Shown here: positions 28,922-37,030 of the stretch, piece by piece
Numbering within the stretch: the first letter of the stretch is position 1
Layout of the letters: every line of letters begins with the position of its first letter
Assembly: GCA_938023735.1 (NCBI GenBank)
Contig: CALJDK010000025.1
Span: 102,016-166,015, forward strand
Direction of reading: 5' to 3'
From: an uncultured Acidimicrobiales bacterium
GTDB lineage: Bacteria > Actinomycetota > Acidimicrobiia > Acidimicrobiales > SHLQ01
DNA length: 64,000 nucleotides
Notes under the pieces: generated by a model
What the model was told of the DNA's origin: nothing
The model's database searches: none
What the model saw: only the letters and a program-made list of their open reading frames with translations
Made by a program: the position numbers and the translations under genes

Positions 28922-29513
28922 GCGTTTCGCCGACTGGGGCGACAACGGGCCGTTGCCCGATGATGGTGTGGTCGCTACCAGCGATCGCGCGGCGGCGCTC
29001 GCGATCGCCAATGCCTACGACGGAATACCACCGGTGGGCCTGGTGACGGGCGACCTTCGCCGCACCCTTGGCGGGCGACGTACGCGCGGTCAACTTCGTA
29101 TGCCCGACGCAACGAGGGCCGTGGTCGACTACGGACTGGTGCGATTCAACGACACCGAAGTCCCGTTCGTGGCCCACGTTGTTGCCCGCAAATCGCTTAT
29201 GCGAGGCCGCATTATCGCAGTGATGAATGCCGCTTTTGTGGGTGCGTGGAATGTTGCACCCCGGTCTCATCCCGGCGATGGGATGTTTGAAGTGCTCGAC
29301 GCCAATTTATCGTTCTCCGACCGATTGAAGGCACGACGAAGGCTGAAGTCGGGCACGCACGTGCCTCACCCAGATATCGCCCAGAAGCGGGGCAATACCT
29401 TCGATTTCTCGCTCGAGCAGCCCTTGAACCTTTGGGTCGACGGCAGTCAAATGGGTGAGGTTCGGAGCTTCTCGATCGAGCTGGTGCCCGAGGCGCTCGC
29501 AGTAGTCGTCTAG
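28914..29513 (+). CDS. Truncated diacylglycerol-kinase-like (YegS/DagK C-terminal) protein
   Basis: VAPRSHPGDGMFEV, LWVDG, IELVPEALAVVV resemble the DAGK C-domain; no GGDGT motif. Confidence 0.6.
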   Translation: MIERFADWGDNGPLPDDGVVATSDRAAALAIANAYDGIPPVGLVTGDLRRTLGGRRTRGQLRMPDATRAVVDYGLVRFNDTEVPFVAHVVARKSLMRGRIIAVMNAAFVGAWNVAPRSHPGDGMFEVLDANLSFSDRLKARRRLKSGTHVPHPDIAQKRGNTFDFSLEQPLNLWVDGSQMGEVRSFSIELVPEALAVVV

Positions 29514-29622
29514 CCCAACACGACCCCGTTTCCCCATCGTTGGCGGCCCGCCTTGCGGCTTGACCAATTTCGTCAGACCTGATCCACTCCTTGTCTGCCG
29601 ATCGCGCCTAACGTCGACCCTC

Positions 29623-31224
29623 GTGAAGACGTACGTGGAGGAAGAGTTCACCGCCGATGAGGCAGATGTACTCCGTCGCTATTTCTCCAACCTTGATTTG
29701 CCAGTTTTTGCGCTGGTCAACCTGCCCGAGGTTGTGAAGGGAGCGCTCTTTGCGCGCTATTCGCGGTCGCCGCTCAGCCTTCGTCGACTGTTCCTCAAAG
29801 AGTTCGTCGGCGACCTCGATATCACCGGCGACGAGACCATCGACGCCACCGTTGGCCTGCGGCGAGCGGAAGAGCTCTACGACCGGGTCTTCTTCCAATA
29901 CGGTGACGATTCGGTCGCCCAGCTTGGTGGGGTTCACCTAGCGTGCGAACAGGCGTCGAACCTGCTCACCAAGGTTCTCGAGTGGGGCCGGCTGATGTCG
30001 TATCTCGAGCAGTCCACGCGCTACATCGCCTACGACGAGCGTCTTGGCGGCCGCTATCGTTACTACCGCGACCCCGAGCTGCTCGCATCGCCTCTGGGAG
30101 CCCGCTACGTGGGCGACATGGACCGCTTGTTCGATGCGTACTCATCGATGATCCCCACCATGGCCGATTTCTTTCGCCAGCATGTGCCCCAGCAGCCTGG
30201 CGACGCCGACTTCGTGTACCGCACCGCTATTCAGGCTCGAGCGCTGGATTCGGTGCGCGGAATTCTTCCCGCCTCGGCGCTGTCGAACGTGGGCATCTAC
30301 GGCTCGGGTCAGGCCTATGAGGCGTTGCTGCTGCGGATGCGGGCACATCCCTTGCCCGAGGCTCGGGAGTACGGCGACCTCATGCTCACCGAGCTACGAA
30401 AGGTCATCCCCTCGTTTCTCAAACGAATCGACCTTCCCGATCGGGGAGCGGTCACCAGCCAGTACATGGCCGATAACCACGAGGCGATGGCCGATATCGC
30501 CGAGCAGCTGTTTCCCAGCGATGTCGCCCCCGATGCGGCACCGATGGTCGAGCTGGTCGACTTCGACCCCGATGCCGAAGTGAAGCTTGTGGCCAGCATG
30601 TTGTATTCGCAGGTCGGGTTGCCCGAGACCCAGATCGAACAGCGGGTGCGATCGATGTCGGTCGACGATCGCCTTGCCGTCATGCGGGCGTACACCGGCG
30701 AGCGGAAGAATCGCCGCCATCGGCCTGGTCGGGCGCTCGAACGGCCGGCATACCGGTTCGACATTCTTTCCGACTACGGCGCGTTCCGCGATCTTCAGCG
30801 CCACCGCATGCTTACCGTCGAATGGCAGAAGCTTGCGCCGCTCCACGGCTACACCATGCCTCCTGAGGTTGAAACCGCCGGACTCGCCGATCAGTTCGAA
30901 GCGCAGATGGAGCGCTCTGCTGACCTGTATGCGTTGCTTGAGGGGCCCTACCCCGAGCAGGCGTCGTACTCGGTGTCGCTGGCATACAAGATCCGCTACA
31001 TGATGCACACCAACGCCCGTGAGGCGATGCACATGCTTGAGCTGCGCACCACGCCGCAGGGGCATCCGGCGTATCGAGAGGTTGCCCAGGAGATGCATCG
31101 CCTAATCGGCCAGGGCGCCGGTCACAAAGCCATCGCCGCAATGATGACCTTTGTGAACCACGAGGCCGAGCCCGAACTCGGGCGCCTCGATGCCGAGCGC
31201 AAGTCGGCCCAAAAGTCCAGCTAA
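29623..31224 (+). CDS. thyX: FAD-dependent thymidylate synthase, two-domain type
   Basis: ALFARYSRS, YGDDSVAQL, YLEQSTRY, RDLQRHR, ELRTTPQGHPAYR. Confidence 0.9.
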   Translation: MKTYVEEEFTADEADVLRRYFSNLDLPVFALVNLPEVVKGALFARYSRSPLSLRRLFLKEFVGDLDITGDETIDATVGLRRAEELYDRVFFQYGDDSVAQLGGVHLACEQASNLLTKVLEWGRLMSYLEQSTRYIAYDERLGGRYRYYRDPELLASPLGARYVGDMDRLFDAYSSMIPTMADFFRQHVPQQPGDADFVYRTAIQARALDSVRGILPASALSNVGIYGSGQAYEALLLRMRAHPLPEAREYGDLMLTELRKVIPSFLKRIDLPDRGAVTSQYMADNHEAMADIAEQLFPSDVAPDAAPMVELVDFDPDAEVKLVASMLYSQVGLPETQIEQRVRSMSVDDRLAVMRAYTGERKNRRHRPGRALERPAYRFDILSDYGAFRDLQRHRMLTVEWQKLAPLHGYTMPPEVETAGLADQFEAQMERSADLYALLEGPYPEQASYSVSLAYKIRYMMHTNAREAMHMLELRTTPQGHPAYREVAQEMHRLIGQGAGHKAIAAMMTFVNHEAEPELGRLDAERKSAQKSS

Positions 31225-31398
31225 GCGCTCGTTTCCTGGCACCGCCGTGGGCGCTGCCGTGTTTGTGGGAAACGGCTTCGTAGCAGGTGTTGCTGGTGTG
31301 GTGGGTGATGCTTGTGAGATTTTTGTTGGGAAAGTTGGAATTCGTGCCTAGATTGTTCTCCCTAAGTGGGCGGACAACCACTGACAGGGAAATCCAAC

Positions 31399-32352
31399 GT
31401 GACGAGTTTCAACATCACCCCCGAACAACTTGCTGACGCACGCCGCTTTCTGCGGACTCATAAGGCCCGGATCGCCGGACCAGCTGCCCTTGTGCTGCTG
31501 GGGCTAGGCGGCCAGATGGCCACGCACGTGGTGCAGCGCGGTGACACCGTCTACAGCCTGGCCAAGGAGCAGGGAGTGACCGTCGAGCAGATTGCCACGG
31601 CCAACAACCTTGCCAACCCCAACCTGATCGTGGTCGGGCAGAAACTCACCCTGCCCGAATCAACCGATATCAAGATCGTTGTTCAGGCCGGCGACACCGT
31701 ATGGTCGCTCGCTGCCGCCCATGGAGTCTCGGTGGCGTCGATTATCGAACGCAACGACCTGAGCTCTTCGGCTCGCATCATCGAGGGCCAGCAGCTTCGT
31801 ATTGCCGCACAAGGCTCGTCGAACGATGCCACCCCCGGAAAGACTTGGGCCGAGAGGAAGGCCGACCGCGAGGCTCGCAAAGCCGAACAGGAGGCAAAGG
31901 CCGAGAAGGAAGCACGCGCAAAGGCCAAAGCCGAGGCGAAGGCCGACGCAAAGGCCAAGAAGGCCGAGAAGAAACAAGCCGCCGAGGATCAGGCCGCTGA
32001 AGATAAGGCAGCTGAAGAGCGAGCAGCGCAGGAAGAGGCCGAGCGAAAGAAGGCCGAGAAAGAGCGCGCTGCACAAGAGAAGGCTGAGAAGAAGGCGGCC
32101 AAAGAGGCCGAGAAGGACGCAGCAGCGAAAGAAAAGGAATCCGTCGAACCCGCGCCAGAGCCAGCTCCAGAGTCAGGTGACGACGGTTCAGCCGGCGTCG
32201 TAACGACGATTTATGTCGTGCAACAGGGCGATTCGGTGGCTTCGATCGCGGCGCTCTTTGGTATCGATGCCCAGGTTTTGGCTAGCGCGAACGGTATCTC
32301 GGTGGATGCGCCGCTCAGCGCAGGCAGTCGTTTAAACATCCCGAGTCGGTAG
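31399..32352 (+). CDS. Protein with three LysM domains and a charged Ala/Lys/Glu helical linker
   Basis: HVVQRGDTVYSLA, IVVQAGDTVWSLA, YVVQQGDSVASIA; KAEK-type repeats. Confidence 0.9.
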   Translation: MTSFNITPEQLADARRFLRTHKARIAGPAALVLLGLGGQMATHVVQRGDTVYSLAKEQGVTVEQIATANNLANPNLIVVGQKLTLPESTDIKIVVQAGDTVWSLAAAHGVSVASIIERNDLSSSARIIEGQQLRIAAQGSSNDATPGKTWAERKADREARKAEQEAKAEKEARAKAKAEAKADAKAKKAEKKQAAEDQAAEDKAAEERAAQEEAERKKAEKERAAQEKAEKKAAKEAEKDAAAKEKESVEPAPEPAPESGDDGSAGVVTTIYVVQQGDSVASIAALFGIDAQVLASANGISVDAPLSAGSRLNIPSR

Positions 32353-32470
32353 TTCGTTCCGATCAATCCGATCTGATGTCGCAAGATTGGCCTGAGTTGT
32401 GTCTATGATCCCATCGCGGCCCTACCGACGAGCGGTATGAGGCCAAACGATCAAGACAGAAGACGAAGAA

Positions 32471-32986
32471 ATGCCTGACGAAGAAGAAGTCGAGACCGAA
32501 GAGCTCGACGATGAAGAAGAAATCGACGACGAGGACATCGATATCGATCCCGATCTCGATGACGATGATGTCCTCGACGACGACGTCCTCGATGATGACG
32601 ACGATGTAATTCTCGACGACGACGACGATGTAATTCTCGACGACGACGATGATGAAGACGACGAAGGGGAAGGCTCGGCGGCAGCTGCGAAGCGCAGTGG
32701 CGACGAGGAGGATGACGACGAGCCCGACCCCGATGATCTCGAAGACGACCTCGATACGATTCTGAAAGATCGTCTCGCCTCTGGTGACGACGAAGATGAT
32801 GAGGACGAAGACGAAGAAGGCGTCCCCGTGGTGAAGGCAAAGAAGCCTGCGCCCGGCGAAGACGTCGAACCCAAACGCGATGACGAACACACCTGTCTCG
32901 ATTGTTTCTTGCTGTTTAGCCTGAGTCAGGTCGATGATCCGGCGAACCCGGCGTGTCCCCACTGCGGCTATCCGGTAGCGGTATAG
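32471..32986 (+). CDS. Extremely acidic protein with a C-terminal zinc finger (DUF4193-like)
   Basis: Asp/Glu tracts; PKRDDEHTCLDCFL...CPHC. Confidence 0.75.
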   Translation: MPDEEEVETEELDDEEEIDDEDIDIDPDLDDDDVLDDDVLDDDDDVILDDDDDVILDDDDDEDDEGEGSAAAAKRSGDEEDDDEPDPDDLEDDLDTILKDRLASGDDEDDEDEDEEGVPVVKAKKPAPGEDVEPKRDDEHTCLDCFLLFSLSQVDDPANPACPHCGYPVAV

Positions 32987-33072
32987 AAGCGGTCTCGGTC
33001 AGCTCCCGACAAAAGGGCTTATAGACCGTGGTTCGGTGCCGACAGGCCGAAAGAACCAAAGGAAGTGAACCA

Positions 33073-33789
33073 GTGGCGAATAGCGACGACAAGTCCTTGC
33101 CGGACCAAGCGTTGGAAGCGCTGCTCTACGCGCCGATCGGCATTGCCTACGAGGTGCTCGATCGCCTTCCGACCTGGGTTGCCCGCGGAAAGAGTCAAGC
33201 GACCATTACCAAGGTGCTTGGCAAGATGGCAGTTCAGAAGGGCCAGAGCGAGTTTGAAGGCGTCGTGAGCGACATCTTTGGCGTGAAACTGGGCGACGAG
33301 CCAGAAACGGCTCCTACGGCCGCTGCATCGAAGCCAAAGACCGCAGCGAAGACAGCAACGAGCAAGACAGCAACGAACAAAACCGCAAAGGTGTCGAAGT
33401 CGGCCAAGAAGCCTGCTTCGGCGAAAGAAGAAGATCCTTCGGTCAACAAGGCTGCTTCAGGCAGGAAGTCGGCGAATAAGACGTCCCCAAAGAAGTCGTC
33501 GTCGACAAAGAAGTCAACCACGGCAAAGAAATCCGGCGCACCGAAGAAGTCAAAGGCTCCCAAAACCGCCAAAACCACCAAAGCAACCAAGACGACGAAG
33601 GTGGCGAAGGTGCCGGCTGAGGCCGACCTGGCGCTGGCTTCCTATGGCTCGATGCCAGCCTCACAGATCGTCAAGCGGCTCGACTCGCTGTCGGAGAAGC
33701 AACTTGATGCCATCCGCTTGTACGAGGAAGCCAACCGCCACCGAGTAACCGTGCTGAACCGAATTCGTCAGATCCAACGTTCAACATGA
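33073..33789 (+). CDS. Hypothetical protein with a histone-H1-like Lys/Ala/Thr-rich centre
   Basis: LLYAPIG N-terminus; KTA/KKS repeats; C-terminal YGSMPASQIVKRL...YEEANRHRVTVL module. Confidence 0.75.
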   Translation: MANSDDKSLPDQALEALLYAPIGIAYEVLDRLPTWVARGKSQATITKVLGKMAVQKGQSEFEGVVSDIFGVKLGDEPETAPTAAASKPKTAAKTATSKTATNKTAKVSKSAKKPASAKEEDPSVNKAASGRKSANKTSPKKSSSTKKSTTAKKSGAPKKSKAPKTAKTTKATKTTKVAKVPAEADLALASYGSMPASQIVKRLDSLSEKQLDAIRLYEEANRHRVTVLNRIRQIQRST

Positions 33790-34271
33790 GCGATGTCCGT
33801 CTCGCCGAGTCGGCCCGGGTTGCCGGGCCAGATGATGTCGCCGATATCACCTGGCTTGCGCAGATCGCTCTGGAGGCCATCGCCGACCAGCGCGGCGGCC
33901 AGATGTGGACGCTGCGTGAAGCTCGATCGTTGCCGGCCGAGACCTCGATTGCGGCATCGGTTGCCGATGAGCGCCATCTCGTGCTGGTGGGCCAACTCGA
34001 TGAGGTAACGGTCGGATACGCAGTTGCCCACCTCGAAACGCTGCCCGATTCCACCACGGTTGCGATCATCGAAGACCTCTTCGTGATGCCCGAGGGTCGG
34101 CAAGTAGGCGTCGGCGGGGAACTGATGGCGATGCTGATGTCGTGGGCGACCGAGCACAAGTGTCGGGGCATCGATGCCGCAGCTCTGCCGGGCGACCGGC
34201 ACACCAAGAACTTCTTCGAATCCAACGGGCTCGTGGCCCGGGCGATCCTGGTTCACCACAACTTCGGCTGA
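33786..34271 (+). CDS. GNAT-family acetyltransferase
   Basis: LFVMPEGRQVGVGGELM (motif A), KNFFESNG. Confidence 0.88.
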   Translation: MSDVRLAESARVAGPDDVADITWLAQIALEAIADQRGGQMWTLREARSLPAETSIAASVADERHLVLVGQLDEVTVGYAVAHLETLPDSTTVAIIEDLFVMPEGRQVGVGGELMAMLMSWATEHKCRGIDAAALPGDRHTKNFFESNGLVARAILVHHNFG

Positions 34272-34672
34272 TGCGTCCGCAACTCGCTGTCGGGGCCATT
34301 GCGATCCAGGGCGACGAGATTCTGCTCATCCGGCGCGGCGAAGAGCCAGGCGCCGGCGAATGGTCGGTCCCAGGCGGCAAGGTCGAGGAAGGCGAGCTAC
34401 TTGCTCAGGCGGTGCTGCGCGAGTTTCAGGAAGAAACAGGCCTCGAGGCGGTATGTGGTCCGTTCGTAGGATGGGTCGAGCGGCTCGAGGAGTTCTTTCA
34501 CTTCGTCATCATGGACTTTGAAGTCATCGTGATGAGCGATGACGAACCAGTCGCAGGTTCGGATGCTGACGACGCTCGTTGGGTTCGGCTTGCCGACGTG
34601 CCGCAACTCAACCTGGTTGAGGGTCTCGCCCCCTTCCTGGCCGAGCACGGCTACATCGAACTCCTCGACTAG
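34271..34672 (+). CDS. NUDIX hydrolase
   Basis: Nudix box GGKVEEGELLAQAVLREFQEETGL; TGATG overlap with the GNAT gene. Confidence 0.92.
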   Translation: MRPQLAVGAIAIQGDEILLIRRGEEPGAGEWSVPGGKVEEGELLAQAVLREFQEETGLEAVCGPFVGWVERLEEFFHFVIMDFEVIVMSDDEPVAGSDADDARWVRLADVPQLNLVEGLAPFLAEHGYIELLD

Positions 34673-34695
34673 GGAGAAGCGGGAGAGAACTGACC

Positions 34696-35958
34696 TTAAC
34701 GACGGCGCTGGTTACCCGACCGGCTGCGCTTCGGCGGCGGTGTTGGCTCGATACCGAACATCTTGGCGATATCGGGGATCCGCATCGAAAGCCGCTTGAT
34801 ATCGGCGAGAAGTTGATCGGAAGGCGCAGCAGGAATCGACGTTGGCCGAACTTGAGTATGCACCGGAGAGAACGCAACGGCGTCGAGCACAGTAGCGAAA
34901 CGGTCGTGGCCGGTGTCGCTGGTGAGCGATTCGTTGGACTGCTCGGTGAGCTTCTGTGCGATTTCGGAAGGAATTGGAGCACCAGCCTTCGGAGGTCGCG
35001 ACGACAAGCGCAGCGCCCGCACGGTACGGCCCTCGGCCAGGGTCTCGGTGAGTTCGGCGAGCCACTTACGATGCTCGCCATCAACCCGGGCGGTTACCGC
35101 TTCGCTTAGCTCGGTGGCCAGAGCCTTGGCTTCGGCGCCCTTTGCCTGGGTGCTTCCGGCCGCAACAACAGAACGCAGGTCGCGGAGGTCGACATCGTCG
35201 ACTCCGGCTTTGGCCGCTTCGGCTCGATCGAGCCACTCGGCGGCCTTGAGCGAAGGGAGGATCTTCTCGGCCGCTGCCAAGAGCGCATCGGTCTTGATCT
35301 TCGGAGTTCCGGCTTCGGTGGCCGCCTTGATCTGCTTCTCGGCGATTGCACGAACACCAGGAATTCCGTCGCGCAGCACTTCGCGCCCCAAAGGCTGCTG
35401 AAGCTCGGGGAGCGCTTTGATAGCGGCATCGCGGTGCACGCGGCGTGGCTTCAGACGCTTTGGTTTCGGTCGGCTGGGGGCACTCGATCGATCGTTGCGT
35501 GATCGATTGCCGCGTTCGTTGCGATCGCCGCCTCGTTCGTTGCGACCACGGTCGTTGCGTCCGCGGCCACCGCCGCCGCCCTTTGCGCCGCCTCGTTCGT
35601 TGCGGCCTCGTTCGTTGCGACCGCGGCCCTTACCACCCTTGCGATCGCCCCGGTCACGCCCGCCTCGGCCCTTGGGTGCGAGTTGGGTGGTGACGAGTTC
35701 GGTTGGTCGGCCCGAGCCGATTAGCTCAAGCCGTTCGGGCTCTTTCCGGACCTTGGTCTTCGGTGGGAGCACCGCAATAATCTCAGTGCCGTCGATGAGG
35801 GTCTCGGCCTCGACCTTGCAGACGTCGCCGACCTTTGCACCTTCGTAGAGCAGCGAGCCATCGAGAGAGCCCTTTGGCTGCTTGGCTCCGGCGGCACGCC
35901 ACGTCCAGGTGCCATCGTCGCGGTTGCTGGTGAGTTCGACATCGAGCCGGTGAGACAT
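34696..35958 (-). CDS. Hypothetical protein with an RGG/RNER-repeat region
   Basis: 420-aa ORF; beta-rich N-terminus (WTWRAAGAKQPKG), Arg/Gly-rich segment, helical C-terminus; TAGCGT 8 nt before ATG. Confidence 0.8.
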   Translation of the reverse strand: MSHRLDVELTSNRDDGTWTWRAAGAKQPKGSLDGSLLYEGAKVGDVCKVEAETLIDGTEIIAVLPPKTKVRKEPERLELIGSGRPTELVTTQLAPKGRGGRDRGDRKGGKGRGRNERGRNERGGAKGGGGGRGRNDRGRNERGGDRNERGNRSRNDRSSAPSRPKPKRLKPRRVHRDAAIKALPELQQPLGREVLRDGIPGVRAIAEKQIKAATEAGTPKIKTDALLAAAEKILPSLKAAEWLDRAEAAKAGVDDVDLRDLRSVVAAGSTQAKGAEAKALATELSEAVTARVDGEHRKWLAELTETLAEGRTVRALRLSSRPPKAGAPIPSEIAQKLTEQSNESLTSDTGHDRFATVLDAVAFSPVHTQVRPTSIPAAPSDQLLADIKRLSMRIPDIAKMFGIEPTPPPKRSRSGNQRRR

Positions 35959-36073
35959 AGGTAGTAACGCTAGCCCCAGAGAGCGTTACGTCACACCTCG
36001 GCTGGCAGGTTGTTCTGGGTGGAATCGGTGGTTGATCGTTGAAGGCTGATCAAGGATCGACAAAGATGATCGT

Positions 36074-36358
36074 ATGCAGGCATTTCTTGTGCAGTCGATC
36101 ATCGCTTCGGTCGTGCTCACGCTCCTTCTGAACCTTTTGCCCCGATTGTTCCCGAAGGCAACCGATCGCGCCGAACAGCGCTTGCACGAACAGGTTCGCC
36201 GGACCTTCGAAGAGCGCGAGGCTGGCGATTCGAACGGTGGTGGTTCACGGGTCGGTGGTTCACGGGTGAAGGTGTTCTTCCCGTGGAAGGCCATGCTGGC
36301 GATTTCGGTTGTGTTAACCGTGCTGGTCAACGTCGCCGGCTATTTTTCGGGCGCCTAG
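36074..36358 (+). CDS. Small two-TM membrane protein
   Basis: Two similar hydrophobic segments (SVVLTLLLN / SVVLTVLVN) flanking RVKVFFPWK. Confidence 0.7.
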   Translation: MQAFLVQSIIASVVLTLLLNLLPRLFPKATDRAEQRLHEQVRRTFEEREAGDSNGGGSRVGGSRVKVFFPWKAMLAISVVLTVLVNVAGYFSGA

Positions 36359-36419
36359 CGCTGTCGTCGCCGGTAATCAGCACTTCTTCTCCAAGTTTCC
36401 CGACTTTTCCCGATTGGAA

Positions 36420-36449
36420 GTAAACCTTTTCGCTCGCTGGTGCGTGTGA
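36420..36449 (+). promoter_or_regulatory. Possible ECF-type autoregulatory promoter
   Basis: GTAAACC-N16-CGTG directly before the ECF sigma gene. Confidence 0.35.
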
Positions 36450-36454
36450 GGGGT

Positions 36455-37030
36455 ATGCAAGCGGTCAGCACGATCCAATCAGTAGGAGCTTCCATGGCGG
36501 TTGCTGAGATACCCGAACCGACTCCGCCCGCAGCGGTTGTGGTCACCGAGGGTTTCGACGACTTCTATCGGCGAGAGTTTCCCCGCTTGGTGGCCCTGGC
36601 CGCCAGTGTCGGCGCGGGACCAGGCGTTGCCGAAGATCTGGCTCAGGATGCGCTTATCAAAGCGCATCGCAATTGGACGAAGATCTCGCAGTACGACAAC
36701 CCCGGTACTTGGGTTCGTCGGGTCACGATCAATCTCGCAACGTCCTCAGCCCGGCGCCGCGCGTCGGAGATGAAGGCCAAGTTGAAAATGCGGAATTCCG
36801 CAAGCCTGACACTCACGCTGACGTCGGCCGAGCACGAGCCCATCTGGGCGGCCGTGGCCACGCTTCCAGCGCAGCAACGTGCTGCGATTGCCTTGCATTA
36901 CCTCGAGGATCGTCCGGTGGCTCAAATCGCCGAGATCCTCGACTGTTCCCCCTCAACCGCCAAAGTGCATTTGCACAAGGCCCGCACCAGCTTGGCTGCC
37001 AAACTTGGCACCGACGGGAGTCCGTCATGA
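36455..37030 (+). CDS. ECF RNA polymerase sigma factor
   Basis: FDDFYRRE, AEDLAQDA, WVRRVTIN, LPAQQRAAIALHY...EIL..STAKVHLHKAR; alternative start at 36494. Confidence 0.93.
   Translation: MQAVSTIQSVGASMAVAEIPEPTPPAAVVVTEGFDDFYRREFPRLVALAASVGAGPGVAEDLAQDALIKAHRNWTKISQYDNPGTWVRRVTINLATSSARRRASEMKAKLKMRNSASLTLTLTSAEHEPIWAAVATLPAQQRAAIALHYLEDRPVAQIAEILDCSPSTAKVHLHKARTSLAAKLGTDGSPS

Noticed and set aside
29591-29614. TTGTC...TAACGT before thyX, and TGTC...TGAGTT near 32377, as PafBC promoters
   Set aside because: The first has a 13-nt spacer instead of 12 and no purine after TGTC; the second lacks the conserved TA.
31225-31398. c-di-AMP (ydaO) riboswitch upstream of the LysM gene
   Set aside because: The conserved elements (GCTGAATCC, GGGGTGAAT, CCCGTCAGCTAAC) are not visible.
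32363-32962. Antisense Ser-, Arg/His- and Val/Ile-rich ORFs
   Set aside because: They are shadows of the GAC/GAT/GAA-rich acidic gene; the same applies to most overlapping Arg/Pro-rich ORFs in the track.
33019-33046. Additional sigma-28 promoters (near 33038, 12535 and 49818)
   Set aside because: Poor -35 match or wrong spacing compared with the two accepted copies.
36673-37026. Long upstream in-frame extension of the anti-sigma ORF as a frameshift fusion with the ECF sigma
   Set aside because: No slippery site was seen, the ATGA overlap and RBS support a start at 37027, and open alternative frames are common at high GC.
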